Source: Bacteroidota bacterium
GTDB taxonomy: Bacteria > Bacteroidota > Ignavibacteria > UBA10030
DNA length: 64,000 nucleotides
Assembly: GCA_040880975.1 (NCBI GenBank)
Contig: JBBEEC010000061.1
Location: forward strand, 11,325 to 75,324
Direction of reading: 5' to 3'
The notes beneath the pieces were generated by a model. That model did not search any database. It worked only from the letters and a program-made list of their open reading frames with translations, and was not told where the DNA came from. This document shows positions 7,856 through 17,573 of the stretch, in pieces (the first letter of the stretch is position 1; every line of letters begins with the position of its first letter). The position numbers were made by a program, and so were the translations under genes.

Positions 7856-10816
7856 ATGACACGTCCCGTACGACCCACGTTTCTCCGTCTGATTTTCGCA
7901 GGGGTCCTCCTGCTTACCGTTTGTACACCTTCCCGATCTCAGTTTTATACGATCGAAACCGAATACCTTCGACTTATCTATTACACGAAAACGCATGAAT
8001 TTTTGACACCCCACATCGTCCGTTCGTTTGAAAACTCCCTTCAGTTCCACCGGACACTCTTTCATTACACGCCGTCAGAAAAGATAACGCTGATTCTCCA
8101 GGATTTCGGTGATTTCGCAGGAGGGGGCGCTAATACCGTTCCCTTCAATCTCGTCGGCATCGGTATTGCCCCGTTCAGTTACGCGTACGAAACCATGCCT
8201 CCCATCGAGCGGATGAACATGATGATGAATCATGAGCTCGTCCACATTGTCACGATGGACAAGCCATCCCCCGGGGACAGGTTCTGGCGGGGTTTCTTCT
8301 CCGGCAAGGTCGCCCCGGTCGATGAGGCGCCCCTTTCGGCGGTGTATGCATATTTGACGAGCCCTCGCTGGAATTCGCCCCGTTGGTTCATCGAGGGAAT
8401 TGCCGTTTTCCTTGAAACCTGGATGGGCGGCGGACTTGGCCGCGCACTCGGCGCCTACGATGAAATGGTGTTCAGAACCATGGTGCGGGATAGCGCCTAC
8501 TTCTATGATGTGGTTGGGCTCGAATCCGAAGGCACGAAAGTTGATTTTCAGGTTGGGGCAAATTCCTACCTCTACGGAACCCGGTTTATTTCCTCGCTTG
8601 CCCTCCGCTACGGGCCGGAGAAGGTGATTGATTGGTTCCGGCAGTCCGATTCCAGCCGCGGATATTTTTCCGCCGATTTTGAACGAGTGTTTGGGTCGGC
8701 GCTTGACGAGGAGTGGGCTCAATGGATCCGCGAAGAGCAGGAATGGCAGAAGACCAATCTTATTCTGTTGCGGCAGTTTCCCATAACGCGTTTTCGGCCG
8801 ATCACTCCCCTCGGGCTGGGCTCGGTGTCCCGTGCATTTGTGAACCCCGAAAGGCAGAAACTCTATGCGGCGCTTAACTATCCGGGCCAGACGGCACACC
8901 TGGCAGAGATCGACCTTACAACGGGAGAACTTCGTAAACTCGGAGATATACGCGGCGCCGCTCTGTTTTATGTCACTTCCCTCACGTACGACCGGGATAA
9001 CGAAATCCTCTTCTACACCACGGACAACAACAGTTGGCGCGATATCCTCTCGCTCGACCTGAAATCCGGCGAAAGCCGGATGCTGCAAAAAGATCTCCGG
9101 ACCGGGGATCTTGCATTTTGCCCCGCGGACAGATCGCTCTGGGGCGTCCGCCATTTCAACGGGATCTCCACTCTCATTCAGATGCCGTACCCTTACGCAG
9201 ATTGGAAGCAGATCCTCTCATTTGACTATGGCAAGGACTTCTTCGACATCGATGTTTCCCCCGATGGGAAGCACGTCGTTGGAGCCCTTGCCGACGTGAC
9301 CGGACGACAATTGCTTGTAAGAATGAACACCGAACAGCTTCAGCAGGGGGATAAGTCCTTTGAAGTGTTGTTCGACTTTGAGAACAGCACACCTGCCAAT
9401 TTCACCTATACACCGGACGGCAAATTCCTTTTTGGAACATCGTATTACACGGGGGTTTCCAATGTGGTGCGTTATGATTTCGAGAAGAAGGAAATGGAAT
9501 GGGTGACAAATGCTGAATCCGGACTCTTTCGAGCAGTCCCGTTTTCACAGGACTCTCTTGTGGCCTTTCATTTCACAGGCCAGGGATTTGTTCCGGTGAT
9601 GATTGCCAACGAGACCATCCGTAACATCAACGCCATTCGATACCTGGGCCAGGAAGTCGTGGACCGGCACGCTGTGCTTCGTTCCTGGTCCGTACCGCCG
9701 CCTTCACCCGCAACCATGAACATCGACACCGTCATTACGGCTACCGGAGACTATGACGGATTCGGAACGATGAAGCTGGCATCCCTCTATCCAATCGTTG
9801 AGGGATTCAAGAACTTTCCCGCGTACGGATTACGGGCAAATTTTTCCGACCCGGTTTTGTTGCACAATCTCGACCTGACGGTGTCTTACACTCCGAATTC
9901 GGTTCTCCCCGCAAACGAGCGTTTGCACGGATCATTCAATTACAAGTTCTGGAATTGGAAGATCGGGGCGACCTACCACGGAGCGGATTTCTACGACCTG
10001 TTTGGGCCGACGAAGACCAGCCGCAAAGGATACTCTTTGAGCGCCCAGTACAGCGATTTTCTTATCTATGACGAGCCGGAGGTATTGGACTATCAGATCA
10101 AACTCGGGGGATTTGCAGGTCTCGAGCGGTTACCGGATTTTCAAAATGTCTCGACGTCCTTCGATCGTTTTTATTCTCTTAACGCCCGGTTGAATTACCA
10201 CAATCTTTCGAAATCATTGGGAGCCGTGGATCAAGAGACCGGATTTTCCTGGGACATCGTATCCCACACGAATCTTGTCAACGGGAAATTCTTTCCCCGG
10301 ACAAGTTTCAGCGGGGCGTTCGGTTTTCTGCTTCCCATCAACCATTCTTCCATTTGGGTGCGTGGTTCTGCGGGTTACTCCCCCGGATCCAGAATGGAAC
10401 CGTTCGCAAACTTCTATTTTGGCGGATTTGGAAACAACTGGGTGGATATCGGGGAAATTCGCCGGTATCGCGAGGCCGAGAGTTTCCCCGGCCTGGAAAT
10501 CAACCAACTGGGTGGAACGACCTACTTCAAAGGAATGGTCGAATGGGACCTTCCGCCGATCCGTTTTCGAAAATTCGGATTTCAATCCCTCTATTGTACC
10601 TGGTCCAGAATCGCGGTCTTCACTTCCGGACTGATTACCAATCCCGACGCCCCGGGATTTCGCCGGACAGCAGGATCGGTGGGAATTCAATCGGATTTTC
10701 GACTCGTACTTTTCTCCTCATTTGAATCCACGCTTTCCGCAGGATACGCCGCGGCAGCGGAGCGGAACCATCGTCTCTCAAAGGAGTTCATGGTTTCGCT
10801 GAAGATTCTGCGATGA
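7856..10816 (+). CDS. secreted HEXXH zinc metallopeptidase fused to a beta-propeller and a C-terminal Omp85-like beta-barrel
   Basis: Signal peptide (MTRPVRPTFLRLIFAGVLLLTVCTPSRSQ); NHELVHIVTMD plus downstream FIEGIAVFLE (gluzincin-like ligands); TolB-like propeller signatures (YTPDGKFLFGTSYYTG, DVSPDGKHVVGA); C-terminal 350 aa with beta-strand periodicity and a VRG motif (SSIWVRGSAGYSPG) as in Omp85 loop 6. Confidence 0.55.
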   Translation: MTRPVRPTFLRLIFAGVLLLTVCTPSRSQFYTIETEYLRLIYYTKTHEFLTPHIVRSFENSLQFHRTLFHYTPSEKITLILQDFGDFAGGGANTVPFNLVGIGIAPFSYAYETMPPIERMNMMMNHELVHIVTMDKPSPGDRFWRGFFSGKVAPVDEAPLSAVYAYLTSPRWNSPRWFIEGIAVFLETWMGGGLGRALGAYDEMVFRTMVRDSAYFYDVVGLESEGTKVDFQVGANSYLYGTRFISSLALRYGPEKVIDWFRQSDSSRGYFSADFERVFGSALDEEWAQWIREEQEWQKTNLILLRQFPITRFRPITPLGLGSVSRAFVNPERQKLYAALNYPGQTAHLAEIDLTTGELRKLGDIRGAALFYVTSLTYDRDNEILFYTTDNNSWRDILSLDLKSGESRMLQKDLRTGDLAFCPADRSLWGVRHFNGISTLIQMPYPYADWKQILSFDYGKDFFDIDVSPDGKHVVGALADVTGRQLLVRMNTEQLQQGDKSFEVLFDFENSTPANFTYTPDGKFLFGTSYYTGVSNVVRYDFEKKEMEWVTNAESGLFRAVPFSQDSLVAFHFTGQGFVPVMIANETIRNINAIRYLGQEVVDRHAVLRSWSVPPPSPATMNIDTVITATGDYDGFGTMKLASLYPIVEGFKNFPAYGLRANFSDPVLLHNLDLTVSYTPNSVLPANERLHGSFNYKFWNWKIGATYHGADFYDLFGPTKTSRKGYSLSAQYSDFLIYDEPEVLDYQIKLGGFAGLERLPDFQNVSTSFDRFYSLNARLNYHNLSKSLGAVDQETGFSWDIVSHTNLVNGKFFPRTSFSGAFGFLLPINHSSIWVRGSAGYSPGSRMEPFANFYFGGFGNNWVDIGEIRRYREAESFPGLEINQLGGTTYFKGMVEWDLPPIRFRKFGFQSLYCTWSRIAVFTSGLITNPDAPGFRRTAGSVGIQSDFRLVLFSSFESTLSAGYAAAAERNHRLSKEFMVSLKILR

Positions 10817-11829
10817 TCGGTTTTCACCACATTCTTGCCATTATTGTCAGCCTCGCCCCGGTCTTCCTCTTTCTGCTTAGCCTTATTCTCCTCGACAGTT
10901 ACAAGCTGGTCAACGCTCGGAGCGTTTCGTTTGCGATTCTCTACGGCTGTCTGGTTGCCGGGGCGGCGTATGTCATCAATACCTGGGTCCAGCAAAACAT
11001 CGGCCTTCCCTTCCACGTTTTCACGCGATATATCGCCCCCGTCATTGAAGAACTTCTGAAGGCCGTCTTCATTGTTTACCTGATCAAACAACGACGCATC
11101 GGCTTCATGGTGGATGCGACGATCTACGGGTTCGCGGTGGGGGCCGGGTTTGCGTTCATCGAGAATGTCTATTATCTCACCACGAGCGCGGAGGCGAGCC
11201 TGTTTCTGTGGGTCCTTCGGGGTTTCGGCACCGCGGTGATGCACGGAGGGACAACAGCCATCGTCGCCCTGGTGGCAAAAAGCGAGGCGGATGCACGAGG
11301 CTCCGAGAGCGCGACGATTTTCTGGAAGGGCCTCCTGGCCGCCTTCGTCATTCATTCTTACTACAATCATTTCTTTTTTCATTCGTTGTTCTCGCCTTTG
11401 AGTATTCTGGCCGGGTTGCCTATCGCCTTGATGCTGGTATTTCAGCAAAGCGAGAAGGTCACCAGAGAATGGCTGGGGGTGGGGTTCGATACGGATGTTG
11501 AATTGCTGCAAATGATCACGTCCGGCGATCTTCCCAAGACAAGGGTCGGAACGTATTTGAAGACTCTGCAAAATCGGTTCCGCGGCGAAGTGATCGCCGA
11601 TATGATCTGTTATCTCCAGATCTATCTTGAACTCTCGATCAGGGCCAAAGGCGTTCTTCTCCTCCGGGAAGCCGGATTCACTCCGCCCGTTGAAACCGAT
11701 ACAAAAGAGAAATTCACCGAACTTCAGTATCTCCAGCGCAGTATCGGAACAACCGGCAAGCTCGCTCTCCATCCTTTTCTTCATACCAGCAACCGCAATC
11801 TCTGGCAACTGAACATGCTTCAATCGTAA
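10813..11829 (+). CDS. prsW: PrsW-family intramembrane metalloprotease
   Basis: Multi-TM protein with the PrsW signature blocks EELLK (EExxK), FAFIENVYY and GTAVMHGG; ATGA overlap with upstream gene (translational coupling). Confidence 0.65.
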   Translation: MIGFHHILAIIVSLAPVFLFLLSLILLDSYKLVNARSVSFAILYGCLVAGAAYVINTWVQQNIGLPFHVFTRYIAPVIEELLKAVFIVYLIKQRRIGFMVDATIYGFAVGAGFAFIENVYYLTTSAEASLFLWVLRGFGTAVMHGGTTAIVALVAKSEADARGSESATIFWKGLLAAFVIHSYYNHFFFHSLFSPLSILAGLPIALMLVFQQSEKVTREWLGVGFDTDVELLQMITSGDLPKTRVGTYLKTLQNRFRGEVIADMICYLQIYLELSIRAKGVLLLREAGFTPPVETDTKEKFTELQYLQRSIGTTGKLALHPFLHTSNRNLWQLNMLQS

Positions 11830-11855
11830 CCCGTTCAACAATCGAAGGAGCCGTC

Positions 11856-12743
11856 ATGAACAGCCGTATCTTATACGCCCCCCTGCTCTTGGTGCTCTTG
11901 GTGACTCCGCTTCAGGCGCAACAACTCAGGGTTTTCATTTCTGTGGACATGGAGGGTATCACGGGATTGGTTCATGGTGACCAGGTGAGCAGTGACGGTA
12001 AGGATTACCAGATGGCCCGCCGATGGATGACGGAAGAGGCCAACGCTGCGGTCCAGGGAGCGTTGGATGCGGGGGCAACCGAGGTGGTCGTGAACGATTC
12101 TCATGGAAGCATGCGAAACCTCATCCTTGCCGACCTGCACCCGTCAACGACGCTTATCACCGGCTCCCCCAAGCCCCTGAGCATGATGCAGGGCATCGAC
12201 GCTACATTTGGGGCGGTGGTGTTCGTTGGGTACCATGCCTCTGAGGGAACCACGGATGCCGTCCTGGATCACACGATCTCCGGGGGAACGGTGGCATCCA
12301 TCAAGGTCAACGGAATTGAAATGCCCGAGCTTGGCCTCAATGCTCTGCTCGCAGGGAAATTCAATGTTCCTGTTGTTTTTATCTCCGGTGACAAAGCCGT
12401 GTGTGAACAGGCAAAAAACCTGCTCGGTTCTTCCGTGGTGACCGTGGCTGTGAAAGAAGGAATAGGAAAGCGGGCCGCGAAAACCATTCCTTTGAAGAAA
12501 GCTCATGAACTGATTCGTCAAAACGTCAAGAATGCCGTTGAGCGGAGAACGTCCATCAAGCCTTACACGATGAAATCACCGTACACGTTCGAACTTACGT
12601 TCTTCAGAAGCTCGCAAGCTGATCAGGCGGCCGTCATTCCGGGAGCGAGGCGGTTGAATACCAAGACCCTTTCATTGAGTTCTCAGGATGCGGTGGAGGG
12701 ATTCATGTTCCTGCGCGGCCTGATCATGCTCGGAAGCAATTAG
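11856..12743 (+). CDS. M55 family D-aminopeptidase (DppA-like), secreted
   Basis: Signal peptide; VFISVDMEGITGL and VVNDSHGSM blocks typical of DppA/peptidase M55. Confidence 0.7.
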   Translation: MNSRILYAPLLLVLLVTPLQAQQLRVFISVDMEGITGLVHGDQVSSDGKDYQMARRWMTEEANAAVQGALDAGATEVVVNDSHGSMRNLILADLHPSTTLITGSPKPLSMMQGIDATFGAVVFVGYHASEGTTDAVLDHTISGGTVASIKVNGIEMPELGLNALLAGKFNVPVVFISGDKAVCEQAKNLLGSSVVTVAVKEGIGKRAAKTIPLKKAHELIRQNVKNAVERRTSIKPYTMKSPYTFELTFFRSSQADQAAVIPGARRLNTKTLSLSSQDAVEGFMFLRGLIMLGSN

Positions 12744-12754
12744 AAGATTCAACC

Positions 12755-12866
12755 ATGACCTCCCGGACGATCCTTGCGGAGCTGAAGAGGAAGGGAACAG
12801 CGCACAACAGGGCCGGAATGGCCCGGTTTGGGATCCGGTCGAAAAAAGTCTTCGGGGTCGGCGTCT
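12755..12866 (+). pseudogene. truncated remnant of a DNA alkylation repair (AlkD/AlkC-like HEAT-repeat glycosylase) gene
   Basis: 37-aa ORF MTSRTILAELKRKGTAHNRAGMARFGIRSKKVFGVGV* matches the conserved N-terminus of the DNA_alkylation family (...L.A.G...N..GM.RFGI....LGV) but stops after 37 codons with no downstream continuation in any frame. Confidence 0.4.
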
Positions 12867-13066
12867 AATTCCATGTTCGAGAGATTTCACAGAGTTCCGC
12901 AAAGAAAAGCTGTTCTCTGTGGAACTCCACGATCCCCGGTGCTATCTGTGTGATTTCTTTTCTTTTACTTAACGTGAGGCACTACCGAATTCCTTGCACA
13001 CAAAGGGGAATCTTCTTACCATAGAAGCCCATAGTTTTTTCTCAATTAAAACGGGAGTGACCGCCG

Positions 13067-14863
13067 ATGAGATTGAACGGAATATTCTTCTCCATCATCC
13101 TTCTAGCTGCCATGGCCTCAGCCCAACATCCGACCATTAACTATACACTCTCCATGTCCCAACCGTGGACACATCTCTTTGAGGTGGAAGTTGCCTTTTC
13201 GGGCCTTGCTGCCTCCGAATCGTCCATGGAACTTTCACTCCCCGCATGGCGTACCGGCCGGTATATCATTCTGGACTTTGCCGGCGGTGTCCAAGATTTC
13301 TCGGCTGTTGACGGAACCGGAAAGCCCCTTACCTGGGAAAAGACAGACAAAGATTCGTGGAGAGTCGTAAAGAACGCATCAACCGCAATCACGGTTCGCT
13401 ACAAAGTGTATGCGAACGAGTTTCACCTTCGTACCCGCGGACTGAACGACGAAGGGGCGTTTGTGGACGGAGCCTCGGTTTTCCTGTATTCCCAGCCGCA
13501 CCGTCAGGTTCCTCTGACGCTCACGGTGGTACCGTACAAGAATTGGCACGTAACCACAGGGCTTGATCCCGTTTCCGGGAAACCACATACGTTTGCATCT
13601 CCGAGCTATGATTATCTCGCCGATTGCCCCCTGTTCATCGGGGAACAAAAGGACCACGAATTTGAGGCTGAGGGAAAGACCCATGTGTTCAGTGTCCTGG
13701 GGGATGGGCCCTATGATTCGGATGCAATCATCAAGGATCTTAAGCGGTTTGTGAAGATCAACAAGGACTTCTGGGGAAGCCTCCCGTATGAACGCTATAT
13801 TTTCATGCTTCATCTTTGGTCCCAGGGCGGGGGCGGAACGGAACACATCAATTCCACGATCATGGGCGGCAGGCCGTTTATGTTCAGCAATCCGGGGTCT
13901 TACCGCGGATTCCTCGGACTTGTCTCTCACGAGTACTTCCACACCTGGAATGTCAAACAAATCCGGCCGGCGGGAATAAGTCCCTATGAATGGTCGAGGG
14001 AAAATTATACAAAGGAACTCTGGGTTGCAGAAGGAACAACGTCGTACTACGGGCATCTCCTCATGATCCGCGGAGGATTCCTCCCGGCCAAGGGCCTTAT
14101 CGATGGTCTCCCCGGCCAGATCGAAAATGACCGGCGAAAACCGGGTAACAAGGTCCAATCTGTTGCGGAGTCAAGCTTCGATGCGTGGGTCAAGTACTGG
14201 AGAGGAAATCAGAATTCCTACAACGCCGAGTCCGACTACTATGACAAAGGGTCTGATGTCAGCTTGTTGCTCGATTTGGAGATCCGCCAAAGGTCGAAGA
14301 ACAAGCATTCACTCGATGACGTGATGCGAGCGCTCTACAGGCGATTTCCGTGGAACGGCACGGGGTACACAGTGGAAGACCTTAGGAAACTGTGCGAAGA
14401 ATTCGGGGGTGGAAGTTTTGAGCCGCTCTTCCAGGATTACGTTTACGGCACAGGAACGCTTGATTGGGAAAGAGCGCTTTCGTATGCCGGCATTGAGGTG
14501 AAGGCTGAAAAGAAAACCTCTGTCTGGCTGGGTACGGTTGCCCGGGACCAGGATCAGAGGGCCGTAATTCGGACGGTTGTCGATGGGTCCCCCGCAGCAA
14601 AAGCGGGACTCGATATGAACGACGAGTTGGTGGCGCTGGACGGATACCGCGTGCGCTCCTCCGACCTTTCGACAAGGATAGCGGGCAAACGGGCGGGTGA
14701 GAAAGTGGTCGTTACTTTCATCCGAAATGACAAGCTCCGCGAGATCACGGTAACCCTCGAAAATGACCCGCTCCCGTCCTACAGTGTTGCCAAGGTCAAG
14801 GATCCCTCGTCCCTTCAAAAGCAGATCTACGAATCGTGGCTGGGAACGAAGTGGGATAACTGA
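13067..14863 (+). CDS. M61 glycyl aminopeptidase with C-terminal PDZ domain, secreted
   Basis: Signal peptide; HEYFHTWN zinc motif of M61; PDZ block VVDGSPAAKAGLDMNDELVALDGYRV. Confidence 0.8.
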   Translation: MRLNGIFFSIILLAAMASAQHPTINYTLSMSQPWTHLFEVEVAFSGLAASESSMELSLPAWRTGRYIILDFAGGVQDFSAVDGTGKPLTWEKTDKDSWRVVKNASTAITVRYKVYANEFHLRTRGLNDEGAFVDGASVFLYSQPHRQVPLTLTVVPYKNWHVTTGLDPVSGKPHTFASPSYDYLADCPLFIGEQKDHEFEAEGKTHVFSVLGDGPYDSDAIIKDLKRFVKINKDFWGSLPYERYIFMLHLWSQGGGGTEHINSTIMGGRPFMFSNPGSYRGFLGLVSHEYFHTWNVKQIRPAGISPYEWSRENYTKELWVAEGTTSYYGHLLMIRGGFLPAKGLIDGLPGQIENDRRKPGNKVQSVAESSFDAWVKYWRGNQNSYNAESDYYDKGSDVSLLLDLEIRQRSKNKHSLDDVMRALYRRFPWNGTGYTVEDLRKLCEEFGGGSFEPLFQDYVYGTGTLDWERALSYAGIEVKAEKKTSVWLGTVARDQDQRAVIRTVVDGSPAAKAGLDMNDELVALDGYRVRSSDLSTRIAGKRAGEKVVVTFIRNDKLREITVTLENDPLPSYSVAKVKDPSSLQKQIYESWLGTKWDN

Positions 14864-14895
14864 TGCTGCAGATTTAAAAATGGAGACTGTGTCTA

Positions 14896-17390
14896 TGAAG
14901 CTTCGCCGTCTTTTCATGGTTTTTGTCGCCGCGACGACCCCGGTGATTTCCCAGCAGTTGCCCACCGGCACTTACCGGCCCAACCGGGAACGCAATTATG
15001 ACATTCTCCATTACAAAGCCGATCTGAGAATCGACTGGAAAGCGAAGGCGGTGAGCGGCGAAGCCGTCGTTACATTGCGCCCGCTCCTCACAGCATCCGC
15101 CGTGACCCTGGATGCCTACTGGCTCAAGATCAGTTCAGTAAAAAATGCCTCGACCGGAGCAGATCTTCGCTACACATCGAACGATGCGTCCTTGACCATC
15201 GAGTTGGGGAAAAACCTCCGTTCCACGGACACCATTGCGGTTGCGATTCGTTACCGTGCCACACCGACAGCGGGCATGTATTTCATCGAGCCGGCACCCG
15301 GCACGAACAATCAGCCTGCAATTTTCACCTACGGCGAGGGCGGCATCCATGCCAATTGGCTGCCTCTTTATAATGAGAACAATGACAAGTTTTCCACCGA
15401 AATGGTCGTCACCGTGAATAGACCCCACACTGCCATTTCCAACGGGACTCTTCTCAGCACGAAAGAGAACAGCGACGGCACACGGACGTTTCATTGGCGT
15501 CAATCTCTTCCCCATTCCAATTATCTTATTGCTCTTTTTGCAGGTGATTATCGTGCTGTTGCTCTTCGGCCTGCATTCGGATCTGTCCCATTGACGGCGT
15601 GGGTGCATCCAGGACAGGAACAACAGGCTGCCGAAGTGTTTGCCCGCACTCCGGAGATGGTTGAGTACTTCTCCCAACGCTTCAACTTCCGATACCCGTG
15701 GGACAAGTATGACCAGATCTCCGCGTTCGACTATGCCATCGGAGCGATGGAAAATACCGGTATTACGGGACATAACGACAGGATCCTCCGCGGAAAGGGG
15801 CAAACGGACGAGTTCAACCCTGATTACGAAAATTACGCAACAAATTGGACAGCGGAAACGCTCGTCTCTCACGAACTCGCTCACCATTGGTTCGGCAACA
15901 ACACGACATGCACGAACCTCGCAAATATTTGGATCAACGAAAGTTTTGCCTCCTACATGATGATGTTGTGGGATGAGCACCGGTTGGGCGGCGAAGCCCT
16001 CCAGGCTCATACCTGGCTTGCCCTGCAATCATACCTCAAGTATGTGAATACGTCTCACATGATTCGGCCGCTGGAATACCGCTATTTCGATACTCGAGGC
16101 CAGATCTATAATTCTGAAACTACGTATCAAAAAGGAGCCATCGTGCTCCATATGATGCGATGGGTGCTGGGAGACGATGCGTTTTTTCACGGCCTCGGGT
16201 ATTTTCAAAACAAACATCAGTTTTCGAACGTAGAAAGCAGGGATCTGAAAACCGCGATCGAGGAATCGACGGGGCGAAATCTTCAATGGTTTTTTGAACA
16301 ATGGATGTGGGGCGGAGGACACCCGGTTTTCGAGGTAGCCACCAACTACGTGGCGGACCATAAGAAAGTCGAAGTGACCATTGATCAGGTTCAAGCGCTG
16401 GTCGAGGGCCAGGGGATCTTCCAGCTCCCGGTGGAAATCAGGATCGATGCAGGCGGGGCATCCCGCCGGGAAACGGTGTGGGTGGACGAGCAAAGCACAA
16501 CGTTCGTCTTTGACGCCGTTGCGGAACCCCAAATGATCAGCGTTGATGGGCGGGGTGCGTTGGTCGCAGAGCTGCTTCAATCGAAAACGTTGGGGGAGTT
16601 GATCTATCAGGCCAGGAATGACGACCTTCCGGGCCGCCTGTGGGCCGTGCAACAGCTTTCGACGCAATATTCCTCGGACCCTTCGGTCGTCGCTGCTATA
16701 CGGTCCCTTGTTGAGGGCAAGGCGCCTTGGATTCTCAAGGCAGAAGCAACTCTTCAGCTCCGTACCATCTACTCAGATGAAGCTCAGTCCCTCCTCCTGG
16801 CACAATTGAGCCAGGAAGATTATCGTGTCAAAAAGGCCGCTGTGATCGCGCTGGGTTCACGGTATACTGAAGCAGCTCGTACGGCATTGAAGAGAGTGGC
16901 ACTAACGGAACCCAATGACGATGTTTCCTCGACGGCCCTTGTCTCTCTTGCAAAGATTGACGGATCGCTCTCCCTGGAGGCCATCACAGAGTTTTCTGAG
17001 AATGAATCATGGTATGACAGCAAGCGCATCGCGGGATTGAAGGCGATGGAGGTCCTCGCCGGTACACATGGTGTCCCGCAAAAAGGCCGGTTCATCCCCT
17101 CGGCGAAGAAATTTGCCGACGTGCGCTATAACTATGCGGTTCGCCAGCAGGCACTCAAGACCTGGGCCGTCTGCTCTCCGGGTGACCCATCCCTTGCAGA
17201 GCGGCTGACGTCATTTGCCCAGAATGATATTTTACCCGTGCGGCTTACCGCTATTGAACTTCTTGCCAAACTGAAAATTGCTCGGGCGATTCCCATTTTG
17301 GAAGACGTAGTTCGCAGAAATGGCGATAGCGACATCCGCTACGCAGCCCTCAAGGCAGTCAACGAAATTCGCGGTATGAGCGGGCGATAA
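14896..17390 (+). CDS. M1 family aminopeptidase N with C-terminal HEAT-like repeats, secreted
   Basis: HELAHHWFGN...(18 aa)...E (WINESFASYM) M1 gluzincin signature; signal peptide; C-terminal helical repeat region. Confidence 0.8.
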
Positions 17391-17573
17391 TTCAGGACTT
17401 TTCTCAAGAGAAGGAAGGAGTCGCCTCCCCCTTTTTGGATACCGGTCCTGTCGCATGCGATTCTGTTGGTATCATTTCTTTGTCCCTTTCTTCCCATTTT
17501 CCTATATTCTTAAGTTGTTTTTGCCGTTCTCCCGGGCACCTGCCCGTTCCCTGAACCTCCAGGAGAATTCGCC

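Noticed and set aside
12899-12940. Inverted/swapped repeat cacagagttcc … ctctgtggaactc
   Set aside because: It does not form a convincing terminator (long loop, no T tract). It is mentioned only as a possible deletion scar next to the AlkD-like gene remnant.
17405-17437. Possible terminator after the first M1 aminopeptidase gene (GGAG-TCGC-CTCC followed by CCCTTTTT)
   Set aside because: The stem is only 4-5 bp, too weak to call. The 183-bp gap more likely holds a promoter for the next M1 gene.
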